This document shows positions 51,328 through 60,478 of a DNA stretch of 64,000 bases, piece after piece. The position numbers and the translations under genes were made by a program. The stretch spans positions 82,468 through 146,467 of the forward strand of contig JAJYPN010000001.1 of the NCBI GenBank assembly GCA_021795395.1. The letters run 5' to 3'. The first letter of the stretch is position 1; each line of letters starts with the position of its first letter. This DNA is from Pseudomonadota bacterium (lineage in GTDB: Bacteria; Pseudomonadota; Gammaproteobacteria; Burkholderiales; Sulfuriferulaceae). The notes below the pieces were generated by a model that saw nothing but the letters and a program-made list of their open reading frames with translations, was not told the origin of the DNA and ran no database searches.

Positions 51328-51801
51328 TTACAATGCCAGTGTATGACCCGATTTACCGCCGGTTTTTTCGTATACCTGCACTCCTTCAAGCCGCATGCCG
51401 CGATCAACCGCCTTGCACATATCGTAAATCGTCAGCAGACAGATATTCACCGCCATCAAGGCTTCCATTTCGACACCGGTTCGTCCGATAGTTTCAATAA
51501 CCGCTTCGACTTCGACAGCGGAAATTTCTTCCAGCAATTCGAACGCGATCCCGATTTTCGTCAGCGCCAGCGGATGGCACAAGGGAATCAGGTCGGCGGT
51601 CCGTTTCGCTCCCTGTATTCCGGCTATCCGCGCCACTCCCAGAACATCGCCTTTTTTCGCATCGCCCATGCGTATCATGCGCAAGGTATCGGGCTGCATC
51701 AGGATGCGCCCTCTGGCCACTGCCCGCCGTCTGGTCTCTGCCTTATCGCCGACATCCACCATTTGCGCCGCGCCCTGCCTGTCAAAATGCGTCAACTTCA
51801 T
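51328..51801 (-). CDS. moaC: cyclic pyranopterin monophosphate synthase
   Basis: Start [20 protein letters not shown], with AAGGGAG 10 nt upstream. Motifs IPLCHPL and GVEMEALMA. Confidence 0.95.
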   Translation of the reverse strand: MKLTHFDRQGAAQMVDVGDKAETRRRAVARGRILMQPDTLRMIRMGDAKKGDVLGVARIAGIQGAKRTADLIPLCHPLALTKIGIAFELLEEISAVEVEAVIETIGRTGVEMEALMAVNICLLTIYDMCKAVDRGMRLEGVQVYEKTGGKSGHTLAL

Positions 51802-52037
51802 CCTGTGCATACTCCCTTATCCATCGGTTTAAAAGATCGTCAGATTTTGCTGTTATTGCCGCGACAACCCTGATATCAATTCAGTTTCCGAAGCCTGTTT
51901 GCTAAAAAATTCCATAGCCCTCTTGGATTCAGACCATTTTTGCTCTATGCTCTAGGGTACTGGATCGAGTGTGACACACTCAATTCAAAAAAAACAAGTT
52001 CTGCCTTGGCAAGAACTTAAATAAAAAGGAGGATGAC

Positions 52038-52415
52038 ATGTGTACACGCACGTCATTGATAGTTATCGTCAGCGTGATCGGCGGCTTGAGCCTGAATGCA
52101 GCCAATGCAGCCAATGCAGCCAATGCAGGTAGGGTCGCGCCTGTCACCGGCAAGCAGCTCGCCTTTGATAGCGCCAAGGGTAACTGCCTGTCGTGCCACG
52201 CCATGCCGACGATACCCGATGCCGAAGCTGCCGGTACGGTGGGTCCTCCTCTCATTGCCATGCAGGTGCGCTACCCGGACAAAGCGCAATTGCGCGCGGA
52301 AATCTGGAATGCCATGGTATCCAATCCAGATACCGTCATGCCCCCGTTTGGCAAAAACAAGATATTGACCGAACAGGAAATCGATAAAATCACCGATTTC
52401 GTCTACGGTCTCTAA
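52038..52415 (+). CDS. soxX: SoxX monohaem cytochrome c
   Basis: AGGAGG RBS, signal peptide, CLSCH haem motif, and MPPFG distal Met region. Heads the sox cluster. Confidence 0.85.
   Translation: MCTRTSLIVIVSVIGGLSLNAANAANAANAGRVAPVTGKQLAFDSAKGNCLSCHAMPTIPDAEAAGTVGPPLIAMQVRYPDKAQLRAEIWNAMVSNPDTVMPPFGKNKILTEQEIDKITDFVYGL
52095..52129 (+). repeat. 9-bp tandem repeat AATGCAGCC x3.9 inside the soxX signal-peptide coding region
   Basis: Read directly: aatgcagcc aatgcagcc aatgcagcc aatgcagg. Encodes (N)A-ANA-ANA-ANA. Confidence 0.95.
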
Positions 52416-52451
52416 TCAGGCAATTTAATACATAATTATCAGGAGATCCGC

Positions 52452-52913
52452 ATGAATTTGTTACGTCGTTATATTTTGAAAAGCGCGGGCGCAGCAGGCG
52501 CTCTGGCAATCACCAGCGGCTTGCTGGGCACGGGGAACGCCTACGCGGCATACAACACCGCTGCGTTCAGCGCCAAAACGATCGCCGATGCGCTCAAAGG
52601 CCTGGGGGCGGAATCCGCTACCGCAAGCCACGACATAATCGTCAAGGCGCCGGATATTGCGGAAAACGGCTCGGTCGTGCCGGTAGAAGTCACCAGTAAC
52701 ATCGCCAATACCACCAACATCGCCATACTGGCGGAAAAAAACCCCAATCCCCTGATAGCCAGCTTCAATCTGAGCAATGGAACACAAGGGTTTATTGCCA
52801 CCCGGATCAAAATGGCCAAAACCGCCAATGTTCGCGCCGTCGTAACTGCCGATGGTAAAAAATATACCGCGGTCAAGGAAGTAAAAGTAACCATAGGTGG
52901 CTGTGGCGGTTAA
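52452..52913 (+). CDS. soxY: SoxY sulfur-carrier protein
   Basis: Tat-type RRYILK signal and the invariant C-terminal GGCGG swinging-arm motif. Confidence 0.95.
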   Translation: MNLLRRYILKSAGAAGALAITSGLLGTGNAYAAYNTAAFSAKTIADALKGLGAESATASHDIIVKAPDIAENGSVVPVEVTSNIANTTNIAILAEKNPNPLIASFNLSNGTQGFIATRIKMAKTANVRAVVTADGKKYTAVKEVKVTIGGCGG

Positions 52914-52966
52914 ACCGTTCGCCCGATAATTTACCCTCTTTATACATTGCACATAAAGGAATACCC

Positions 52967-53281
52967 ATGCCAGAACCTATGAAAATGCGCGCCACCATGG
53001 CCGGCGATATCGCCGACATTAAAGTCCTGATGAATCATCCGATGGAAACAGGGTTGCGCAAGGACGCCAAAACCGGACAAATAATACCGGCGCATTTCAT
53101 CAATGAAGTCACCGCCAAAATCAATGATGTCGTCGTCCTGCAAGCCGACTGGAGCAGCGCCGTTTCCAAGAACCCCTACCTGAATTTCAAGGTCAAGGGA
53201 CCAAAAGCCGGTGACAAGGTCAACGTCAGCTGGAAAGACAACATGGGCGCAACCAATTCCGTCGACGGAGTGATCAGCTGA
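52967..53281 (+). CDS. soxZ: SoxZ
   Basis: 104 aa with MNHPMETGLRKD..GQIIPAHFI, which is typical of SoxZ. Follows soxY. Confidence 0.93.
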   Translation: MPEPMKMRATMAGDIADIKVLMNHPMETGLRKDAKTGQIIPAHFINEVTAKINDVVVLQADWSSAVSKNPYLNFKVKGPKAGDKVNVSWKDNMGATNSVDGVIS

Positions 53282-53301
53282 TTTCGAACCTGCGCAGCGC
53301 G

Positions 53302-54156
53302 ATGGGCGGCCGCGGCTTGCAGTGGATGACAACATTGCAAATATTGGTATCGCTCGGCATCGGCCTGGCAAGCACAGCCGGTTTTGCTACGCCCGTGCAG
53401 GACAGACAGAATCTGCTTGATTATTTCGCCGGCAAGTTTCCGGCTATCCCGCCGGGCAACTATGTCTACGGCTCGCTGGCGTTTGACCCGGATTCCATGG
53501 CGCAATATAAAAGCATCATGGATTTTCCGCCATTCGGTTCGGTTATCGATCAAGCGCAGCAAATGTGGAATACGCCATTCAAAAACGGAAAAACGTACGC
53601 CGGCTGCTTTCCTGACGGCGGCAAAAACGTAGCGGGCAATTATCCCTATTTTGACGTTCGCAGCAATAAGGTCGTGACCTTCGAAATGGCTCTCAATGCG
53701 TGCCGCACGGCAAACGGCGAGCCGGCCTATGCTTACGGTGACCCGGCGACGCTGGGCAAACTCACCGCCTACGCGCGTACATTGTCGGATGGCATGCTGA
53801 TGAATGTCAAAGTCGATGGAGCCGCCGCAGAAGCGGCCTTTAATGCCGGCAAAAGATTGTTTTACGCACGGCGCGGGCAGTTGGGGTTTTCCTGCGCCAG
53901 CTGTCATGTAATGGAAGCAGGCGCGCGATACCGCTCCGAAATACTGTCTCCCGTGCTCGGCCAGGCCACGCACTGGCCGGTTTTCCGCGGCGGCGGCGAT
54001 ACTCCGGTCACTTTGCAGGCGCGTTTCGCCGGCTGCGACAAGATGTTGCGCGCCCAACCGTTTGCGCTTGGCAGTACCGAATACAATGACCTGGAATATT
54101 TTTATTCGTATATCAGCAACGGACTGCCGTTAAAAGCCTCGGTTTTTCGCAAATAA
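53302..54156 (+). CDS. soxA: SoxA cytochrome c (single-haem type)
   Basis: One CxxCH (CASCH) plus the conserved Cys ligand region FAGCDKM. The start may instead be the ATG at 53326 (MTTLQILVSLGIGLA signal). Confidence 0.9.
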   Translation: MGGRGLQWMTTLQILVSLGIGLASTAGFATPVQDRQNLLDYFAGKFPAIPPGNYVYGSLAFDPDSMAQYKSIMDFPPFGSVIDQAQQMWNTPFKNGKTYAGCFPDGGKNVAGNYPYFDVRSNKVVTFEMALNACRTANGEPAYAYGDPATLGKLTAYARTLSDGMLMNVKVDGAAAEAAFNAGKRLFYARRGQLGFSCASCHVMEAGARYRSEILSPVLGQATHWPVFRGGGDTPVTLQARFAGCDKMLRAQPFALGSTEYNDLEYFYSYISNGLPLKASVFRK

Positions 54157-54215
54157 GCTGGAAGTAAAGAAGCCCGAACGACAAGGCTCCTAATATTAAT
54201 GAGGAACGACACACC

Positions 54216-55931
54216 ATGATGAATCGCCGTGAATTTCTGCAATTACTCGCCGTAGCCGCCGCATCCGGCATGGCTATCGACAGCAAACAGGTGCTCGCGG
54301 GCAATGCGCCGTCAAACTTTTACGATGTGCCGAAATTCGGCAATGTATCGTTGTTGCATATGACGGATTGCCATGCCCAGCTATTACCAATTTATTTCCG
54401 CGAGCCCAATGTCAATATCGGCGTAGGCGAAGCCGTCGGAAGACCGCCGCATCTGGTCGGCGAATATCTGCTGAAATATTATGGCATACGCCCCGGCACC
54501 AGAGAGGCTTACGCCTTTACCTATCTCGATTTCCAGGCTGCGGCGCACACTTACGGCAAGGTCGGCGGTTTTGCCCATCTCAAAACACTGGTCGACAATC
54601 TGCGCGGCTCGCGTCCCGGTTCGCTGCTGCTGGACGGCGGCGACACCTGGCAGGGATCGGCGACGGCTTTATGGACCAAAGCGCAGGACATGGTCGATGC
54701 AAGCAAACTGCTCGGCGTCGATGTGATGACCGGTCACTGGGAATTCACGTACGGCGCGGATCGCGTCAAACATGTCGTCGACAACGATTTCAAGGACAAA
54801 ATTGACTTCGTCGCACAGAACATCACGACCAGCGATTTCGGCGACCCCGTTTTCAAACCCTATGTCATGAAAGTCATCAACGGCGTACACGTCGCCGTCA
54901 TCGGCCAGTCGTTCCCATACACGCCGATCTCGAACCCGCGTTACATGGTCGCAGACTGGACCTTCGGCATCCAGGAAGACAACATGCAGAAAACCGTCGA
55001 CGACGCGCGAGCCAAAGGCGCGCAGGTGGTTGTTCTGCTGTCGCATAACGGCATGGACGTAGACATCAAGATGGCCAGCCGGGTAACCGGCATAGACGCC
55101 ATTTTCGGCGGCCACACGCACGACGGCGTACCGCAGCCGTATCAGGTCAAAAACGCCAAAGGCACGACCCTGGTGACCAACGCCGGTTCCAACGGCAAAT
55201 TCCTCGGCGTGATGGATTTCGACGTCAGAAACGGCAAAATCGCCGCCTGGCATTATCGCCTGCTGCCGATCTTCTCCAATCTGCTTCCTGCCGATCAGGC
55301 GATGACGGCATACATCGACAAGGTACGCGCGCCTTTTGCCGACAAGCTCAACGAAAAACTTGCCGTGACCGAAGAAGTGCTATATCGCCGGGGCAATTTC
55401 AACGGCACCTTCGACCAGCTGATCCTCGATGCGATAATGAAGGTCAAGGATGCCGAAGTCGGCTTTTCGCCCGGCTTCCGCTGGGGCACCAGCTTATTGT
55501 CGGGCGACGTCATCACCATGGACAGGCTGATGGATCAGACTGCAATCACCTACCCTGCCACCACGCTCAACGAAATGACCGGAGCGACGATCAAGAGCAT
55601 CATGGAAGACGTCTGCGACAACCTGTTCAATAGCGATCCCTACTACCAGCAAGGCGGCGATATGGTTCGGGTAGGCGGAATCCAATACACCGTCAGCCCC
55701 AACAACAAGATCGGCAACCGTATCAGCAACATGACGCTCAAAGGCAAACCGGTGGACGCCAGCCGCACCTATAAGGTCGCCGGGTGGGCACCGGTGAACG
55801 AAGGCGTCACAGGCACGCCCATCTGGGACGTAGTGGCCGAGTATCTGCGCGATATCAAAGTCGTCAAGCCGCAACCCCTGATCATGCCGAAAATTACCGG
55901 CATCGGCAATAATCCGGGATATGCGGCCTGA
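54216..55931 (+). CDS. soxB: SoxB thiosulfohydrolase (dimanganese 5'-nucleotidase family)
   Basis: Tat signal MMNRREFLQ. Motifs [17 protein letters not shown] and GHWEFTYG. Confidence 0.96.
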   Translation: MMNRREFLQLLAVAAASGMAIDSKQVLAGNAPSNFYDVPKFGNVSLLHMTDCHAQLLPIYFREPNVNIGVGEAVGRPPHLVGEYLLKYYGIRPGTREAYAFTYLDFQAAAHTYGKVGGFAHLKTLVDNLRGSRPGSLLLDGGDTWQGSATALWTKAQDMVDASKLLGVDVMTGHWEFTYGADRVKHVVDNDFKDKIDFVAQNITTSDFGDPVFKPYVMKVINGVHVAVIGQSFPYTPISNPRYMVADWTFGIQEDNMQKTVDDARAKGAQVVVLLSHNGMDVDIKMASRVTGIDAIFGGHTHDGVPQPYQVKNAKGTTLVTNAGSNGKFLGVMDFDVRNGKIAAWHYRLLPIFSNLLPADQAMTAYIDKVRAPFADKLNEKLAVTEEVLYRRGNFNGTFDQLILDAIMKVKDAEVGFSPGFRWGTSLLSGDVITMDRLMDQTAITYPATTLNEMTGATIKSIMEDVCDNLFNSDPYYQQGGDMVRVGGIQYTVSPNNKIGNRISNMTLKGKPVDASRTYKVAGWAPVNEGVTGTPIWDVVAEYLRDIKVVKPQPLIMPKITGIGNNPGYAA

Positions 55932-55950
55932 TTTCAGCGCATATGCAAGC

Positions 55951-55984
55951 AAAAGGGGCCGCAATATGCGGCCCCTTTTGCTTA
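55951..55984 (+). terminator. Rho-independent terminator after soxB
   Basis: AAAAGGGGCCGC-AATAT-GCGGCCCCTTTTGCTT: a 12-bp GC-rich stem followed by a T tract. Confidence 0.85.
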
Positions 55985-56049
55985 TAAGATGTATTTATTA
56001 CGTTTCCACGCTAAAATGCGGTTTATTCGTTCATCAATTAATCGTCATC

Positions 56050-58656
56050 ATGAAAAGTAGCGAAATCCGCCAGCGTTTCCTCGATTTTTTTGCCCGTCAC
56101 GGGCATAGCCCCATTGCCTCCAGTTCATTGATTCCGAATAACGATCCAACCCTGTTATTCACCAATGCGGGAATGGTGCAGTTCAAGGACGTTTTCCTGG
56201 GGCGGGAATCGCGTTCCTACGTACGCGCCGCCAGTTCGCAGCGTTGCGTGCGCGCCGGCGGCAAACACAACGACCTGGAAAATGTCGGTTATACGGCGCG
56301 TCATCATACTTTTTTTGAAATGCTGGGCAATTTCAGTTTCGGCGATTATTTCAAGACTGACGCCATTCGTTTTGCGTGGGAGTTCCTGACTCAAGAAGTT
56401 AGTATTCCTGCAGAAAAATTATGGGTCACGGTGTACCACACCGACGACGAAGCGTACAAAATCTGGACGCAGGATATCGGTCTCGCGCCGGATCGGGTCA
56501 TACGCATCGGCGATAAGGCGAGCGGCGGTTCCGACAATTTCTGGCAGATGGGCGATACAGGCCCCTGCGGGCCATGCACCGAGATTTTCTACGACCACGG
56601 CGCCGAAATTGCCGGTGGCCTGCCGGGTTCGGCGGACGAAGACGGCGACCGTTATATAGAAATCTGGAATCTGGTGTTCATGCAATTCAACCGCGACGAA
56701 AACGGCGTACTGCATCCGCTGCCCAAACCTTCGGTCGATACCGGCATGGGGCTGGAACGCATTTCAGCTGTGTTGCAAAAAGTTCACGGCAATTACGAAA
56801 TCGACGTATTCGTTGCGCTGATCGCCGCCGCCGCTCGCGTCACCGACACGACCGATCTGGGCAATAATTCGCTGAAAGTCATCGCCGACCATATCCGCGC
56901 CTGCGCTTTCCTCATTACCGACGGCGTCATTCCCGGCAATGAAGGCCGCGGCTATGTGCTGCGACGCATCATACGGCGGGCGATACGCCACGGCTACAAG
57001 CTGGAACAAAAACAGCCTTTTTTTTACCGTCTGGTCGCCGATCTGGTAGAGATCATGGGTACGGCTTATCCCGAATTGGCAGCCGCACAGCTCCGTGTGG
57101 CTCAAACCTTAAAACAGGAAGAAGAACGGTTTGCCGAAACGCTGGAATTCGGCATGACGGTACTTGAACACGCCATGGCTGCCGACGCAACCGTGCTGAA
57201 TGGCGACATTGCATTCAAGCTGTACGACACCTACGGCTTCCCAGTCGATTTAACGGCAGACATCGGCCGTGAGCGCGGCTTTGACGTCGATATGGCAGGT
57301 TTCGACCGGGCGATGGAAGCGCAGCGGCAGCGCGCACGCAGCGCCAGCAAATTCACCATGAGCGCAAATCTGGCGTATCAGGGCTCGGCCACGCAATTTC
57401 AAGGTTATGACCAATTAAGCAGCGATGCGGGCATCATGGCGCTTTACCAGAACGGCACGCCGGTCGATAGCGTAACTGCCGGCGACAATGCCGTTATCGT
57501 CCTCGACCAGACTCCATTTTATCCGGAATCAGGCGGCCAGGTCGGCGATCGCGGCGTATTACAGAGCGGAAATACGCTGTTTGAAGTTCAGGATACGCAA
57601 AAAATTCAAGCCGAAGTATATGGCCATAGCGGCGTATTGCGCAGCGGGAAACTTGCTGTCGGCGATCGCGTACATGCCATCGTCGATGCCGAAAACCGGG
57701 CGCGCACGGCGGCCAACCATTCCGCTACGCATTTGCTGCATGCCGCCTTACGCAGCGTGCTCGGCCTCCATGTCACGCAAAAAGGCTCGCTGGTCGACGC
57801 TGATAAAACGCGCTTCGACTTTGCCCATAACGAGGCGGTCAGCCCGGAACAAATATTGCAGATAGAAAATTTGGTCAACGCCGAAATTCGCCGGAACGTC
57901 GCTGTGGCGACCGACCTCATGAGTTATGACGACGCGATCGTGCATGGCGCCATGGCGCTCTTCGGCGAAAAATACGGCGATCAGGTACGCGTTATCGGCA
58001 TGGGCGGTTTTTCCACCGAACTATGCGGCGGTACGCACGTGCCGCGTACCGGCGATCTGGGATTGTTCAAAATTGTTGCCGAATCCGGCGTTGCCGCCGG
58101 CATACGCAGAATAGAAGCCGTAACTGGCGCCAAAGCTCTTGCTTTTGTGCAGGCGCAACAGCGCCAGCTTCAGGAACTGGCGGTTTTATTGAAAACGCCC
58201 GGCGCAGACTTGCCGCAAAAAATAGAACATATCCTGGACAGCATTAAAAGCGTGGAAAAGGAGCGAGACAAGCTGCAATCCAGACTGCTCGTGTTTCAGC
58301 TGGAAAATCTTGCCATGCGGGCCACTTTGATAGGAAAGACACAGGTGCTCGCAGTACAGCTCGAAGACGCGGACAACAAGCTATTGCGAGCAGCGCTGGA
58401 TCAATTAAAAACTAAATTCGGTTCCTGTGTAATTGTCCTGGCAAGCACGCAAGGCGGAAAAATAAATATAGTGGTCGGCCTCTCTGCCGATCTGACCGGG
58501 CGACTGAAAGCGGGCGATCTGGCCAATTTCGTGGCTTTGCAAATAAACGGAAAAGGCGGCGGCCGAGCGGATATGGCCCAGGCCGGCGGCAGCGATCTGG
58601 CTGCGTTACCTGCTGCTCTGACTTCCGTAGCGCAATGGGTGAGACAGCGGCTATAA
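56050..58656 (+). CDS. alaS: alanine--tRNA ligase
   Basis: Start [19 protein letters not shown]. Motifs FTNAGM.QFK and [17 protein letters not shown], the editing-domain HxxxH, and the C-terminal DHHA1-like domain. Confidence 0.98.
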   Translation: MKSSEIRQRFLDFFARHGHSPIASSSLIPNNDPTLLFTNAGMVQFKDVFLGRESRSYVRAASSQRCVRAGGKHNDLENVGYTARHHTFFEMLGNFSFGDYFKTDAIRFAWEFLTQEVSIPAEKLWVTVYHTDDEAYKIWTQDIGLAPDRVIRIGDKASGGSDNFWQMGDTGPCGPCTEIFYDHGAEIAGGLPGSADEDGDRYIEIWNLVFMQFNRDENGVLHPLPKPSVDTGMGLERISAVLQKVHGNYEIDVFVALIAAAARVTDTTDLGNNSLKVIADHIRACAFLITDGVIPGNEGRGYVLRRIIRRAIRHGYKLEQKQPFFYRLVADLVEIMGTAYPELAAAQLRVAQTLKQEEERFAETLEFGMTVLEHAMAADATVLNGDIAFKLYDTYGFPVDLTADIGRERGFDVDMAGFDRAMEAQRQRARSASKFTMSANLAYQGSATQFQGYDQLSSDAGIMALYQNGTPVDSVTAGDNAVIVLDQTPFYPESGGQVGDRGVLQSGNTLFEVQDTQKIQAEVYGHSGVLRSGKLAVGDRVHAIVDAENRARTAANHSATHLLHAALRSVLGLHVTQKGSLVDADKTRFDFAHNEAVSPEQILQIENLVNAEIRRNVAVATDLMSYDDAIVHGAMALFGEKYGDQVRVIGMGGFSTELCGGTHVPRTGDLGLFKIVAESGVAAGIRRIEAVTGAKALAFVQAQQRQLQELAVLLKTPGADLPQKIEHILDSIKSVEKERDKLQSRLLVFQLENLAMRATLIGKTQVLAVQLEDADNKLLRAALDQLKTKFGSCVIVLASTQGGKINIVVGLSADLTGRLKAGDLANFVALQINGKGGGRADMAQAGGSDLAALPAALTSVAQWVRQRL

Positions 58657-58808
58657 CGTTAAATAAACAACCAGGGAAATACCGGAATGGTCCATCGCAA
58701 ACGGCACGTAAATTAAAATAAATCTGATGAAATCCGGCAGGATTTAATGGCTATCGTGGACTCGATGCACATCAACCAAAGTCGGATGCGTCAACAGGGG
58801 AGGGGGAA

Positions 58809-60461
58809 ATGTTTGATAAATGGCTGCCTTTTAATACCAACAAATCCAGGTTTGATCCATTTGCAAATCGAAAATCCGTTACACAATGGTTGAGCGAACT
58901 GTCTGCCATCGATATCGGCGCTACGCTTGAACAGCTAATCTCTGCGCTACAAAATCTGCGCAAGCAAAAAGGTCAAATGGCCGAATCCGACCGTCTTGAA
59001 GTCATCATGGCGATAGACGATTATGCGCAACCTCTATTGCAGACACTGTGTGCGCAATATTTGCGTAATACGCGCATGTCTTCCGCCATGGCAAGCAAGC
59101 TCTGGCGCAGTATTTATACGTATTACAACGAATCGAGCCATGCTTGCCAGTCAGCCGTCGCCCCGCAGTGTGCCGACGGCATTCTCAGCAAACCTGACGT
59201 AGCATTACAGCAAACCAGCTTGCGCGCACTGCACAATCTGGGGAACCTGTTCAAATGGCGTTTCATTCATTACGATCTGCCTGACGAAACACTCTGGCAG
59301 ATGTTGCATGATACCTATCGATATGCTGAAGAAGCCGGCTTCGAGAACGAATTGATCCCACTATACGGCAGCGGGTCCAGATGCTCCAACCAATATCTGC
59401 GGGTTATATTATTGAGTCAGATTCATGCCAGTTCATTACTGGCAAAGCAAATCGAAATGGCGGATATCTGGATACAGAAATGGGTACATCTGGTCGAAAT
59501 AGAAAAGGAACCCGTTCCGGGCCGTCATCATTTCTGCGTAGATTTATCCAGGCCGGCAGGCGTGGAACGCGTTACCGAACAGACATATACCCGTCATTGC
59601 CGCGCATGGGATGTCTCGACCCTATTGGCCCAATTGCGGCGAACGCGGGAAGTGATCATCACGTCAAAACCCAATTCCACCACGGAATCCGATGCCCGTT
59701 TACCGGAATATCTGAAAATGCTGGCGTATGCCGAATTGCAGTGGACACCGGGCAACCTGGGTAAATTACGTAAAAACCCGCGCGTCGCGGCAAACCGGAT
59801 TCTAAATGTCATACATGGTTTTTATATCCTTTGCACGGCCCTCAAAACCGATGACGCAAGAAACGATGAGGGCCCAATATACGATTCGAGTATCCGTTAT
59901 GACGAAATGATCGATATCCAGTTATACGGATTCGTCACCGAGGCCACGCGCAATCGTCAACAATCGGGGTTTCGTGCGCCGAAAAAGACGAATTTGCCCT
60001 TCGAAAACTGGGTGGCGGAAAATGAAAGTCAAAAGGGCTATTTAGCCTGCAGCCCGCCTTCAGAAAACAATTGGTTGCGGCTGGGCTGCCTGGCGGGAGT
60101 ACGGGAAGATCAGGAACGATGGAAAATAGCGGTAGTTCGCCGCCTCTTGCGAGACCAGGAGAATAATACGCACGTCGGCATGGAGCTTCTGACGCAAACA
60201 CCCGTACTGTTGACGCTGCAGCCGCTGCAATCGCAGGGAGGCGCGGCGGATACGCCGCCGCCGGACAACGGTTCGATCATGGCAATCATGATCAGTATGC
60301 CGCGTAACGGACATTTCTCGCTGATTATGGACAGCGTACAATACACTCGTGAACGGCAATTCAAACTATCGCTGGATCAACAAAATCTGCTCGTCAGCCT
60401 GGATCGAATATTGGAAAAAGGCGACACCTGGATCCTGGCAGGGGCTTTGATCGTAGCCTGA
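58809..60461 (+). CDS. large uncharacterised protein with PilZ-like C-terminal barrel signature
   Basis: GGGGAGGGGG RBS. 550 aa with normal composition. The C-terminal ~110 aa carry W.AENESQKGYL (N-x-S-x-x-G) ..LGCLAGVRE..WKIAVVRRL..HVGMELL. I see no canonical RxxxR. Confidence 0.6.
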   Translation: MFDKWLPFNTNKSRFDPFANRKSVTQWLSELSAIDIGATLEQLISALQNLRKQKGQMAESDRLEVIMAIDDYAQPLLQTLCAQYLRNTRMSSAMASKLWRSIYTYYNESSHACQSAVAPQCADGILSKPDVALQQTSLRALHNLGNLFKWRFIHYDLPDETLWQMLHDTYRYAEEAGFENELIPLYGSGSRCSNQYLRVILLSQIHASSLLAKQIEMADIWIQKWVHLVEIEKEPVPGRHHFCVDLSRPAGVERVTEQTYTRHCRAWDVSTLLAQLRRTREVIITSKPNSTTESDARLPEYLKMLAYAELQWTPGNLGKLRKNPRVAANRILNVIHGFYILCTALKTDDARNDEGPIYDSSIRYDEMIDIQLYGFVTEATRNRQQSGFRAPKKTNLPFENWVAENESQKGYLACSPPSENNWLRLGCLAGVREDQERWKIAVVRRLLRDQENNTHVGMELLTQTPVLLTLQPLQSQGGAADTPPPDNGSIMAIMISMPRNGHFSLIMDSVQYTRERQFKLSLDQQNLLVSLDRILEKGDTWILAGALIVA

Positions 60462-60478
60462 GCGGGCCGTTTCCGGCT

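Noticed and set aside
51811-51960. Moco riboswitch upstream of moaC.
   Set aside because: I could not find the conserved Moco-motif elements or a ~130-nt structured leader on the minus strand. The moaC RBS lies close to generic intergenic sequence.
52095-52129. Short tandem repeat considered as a possible CRISPR or minisatellite locus.
   Set aside because: The 9-bp units are directly abutting with no spacers, and they lie inside the soxX reading frame. It is reported as a coding tandem repeat instead.
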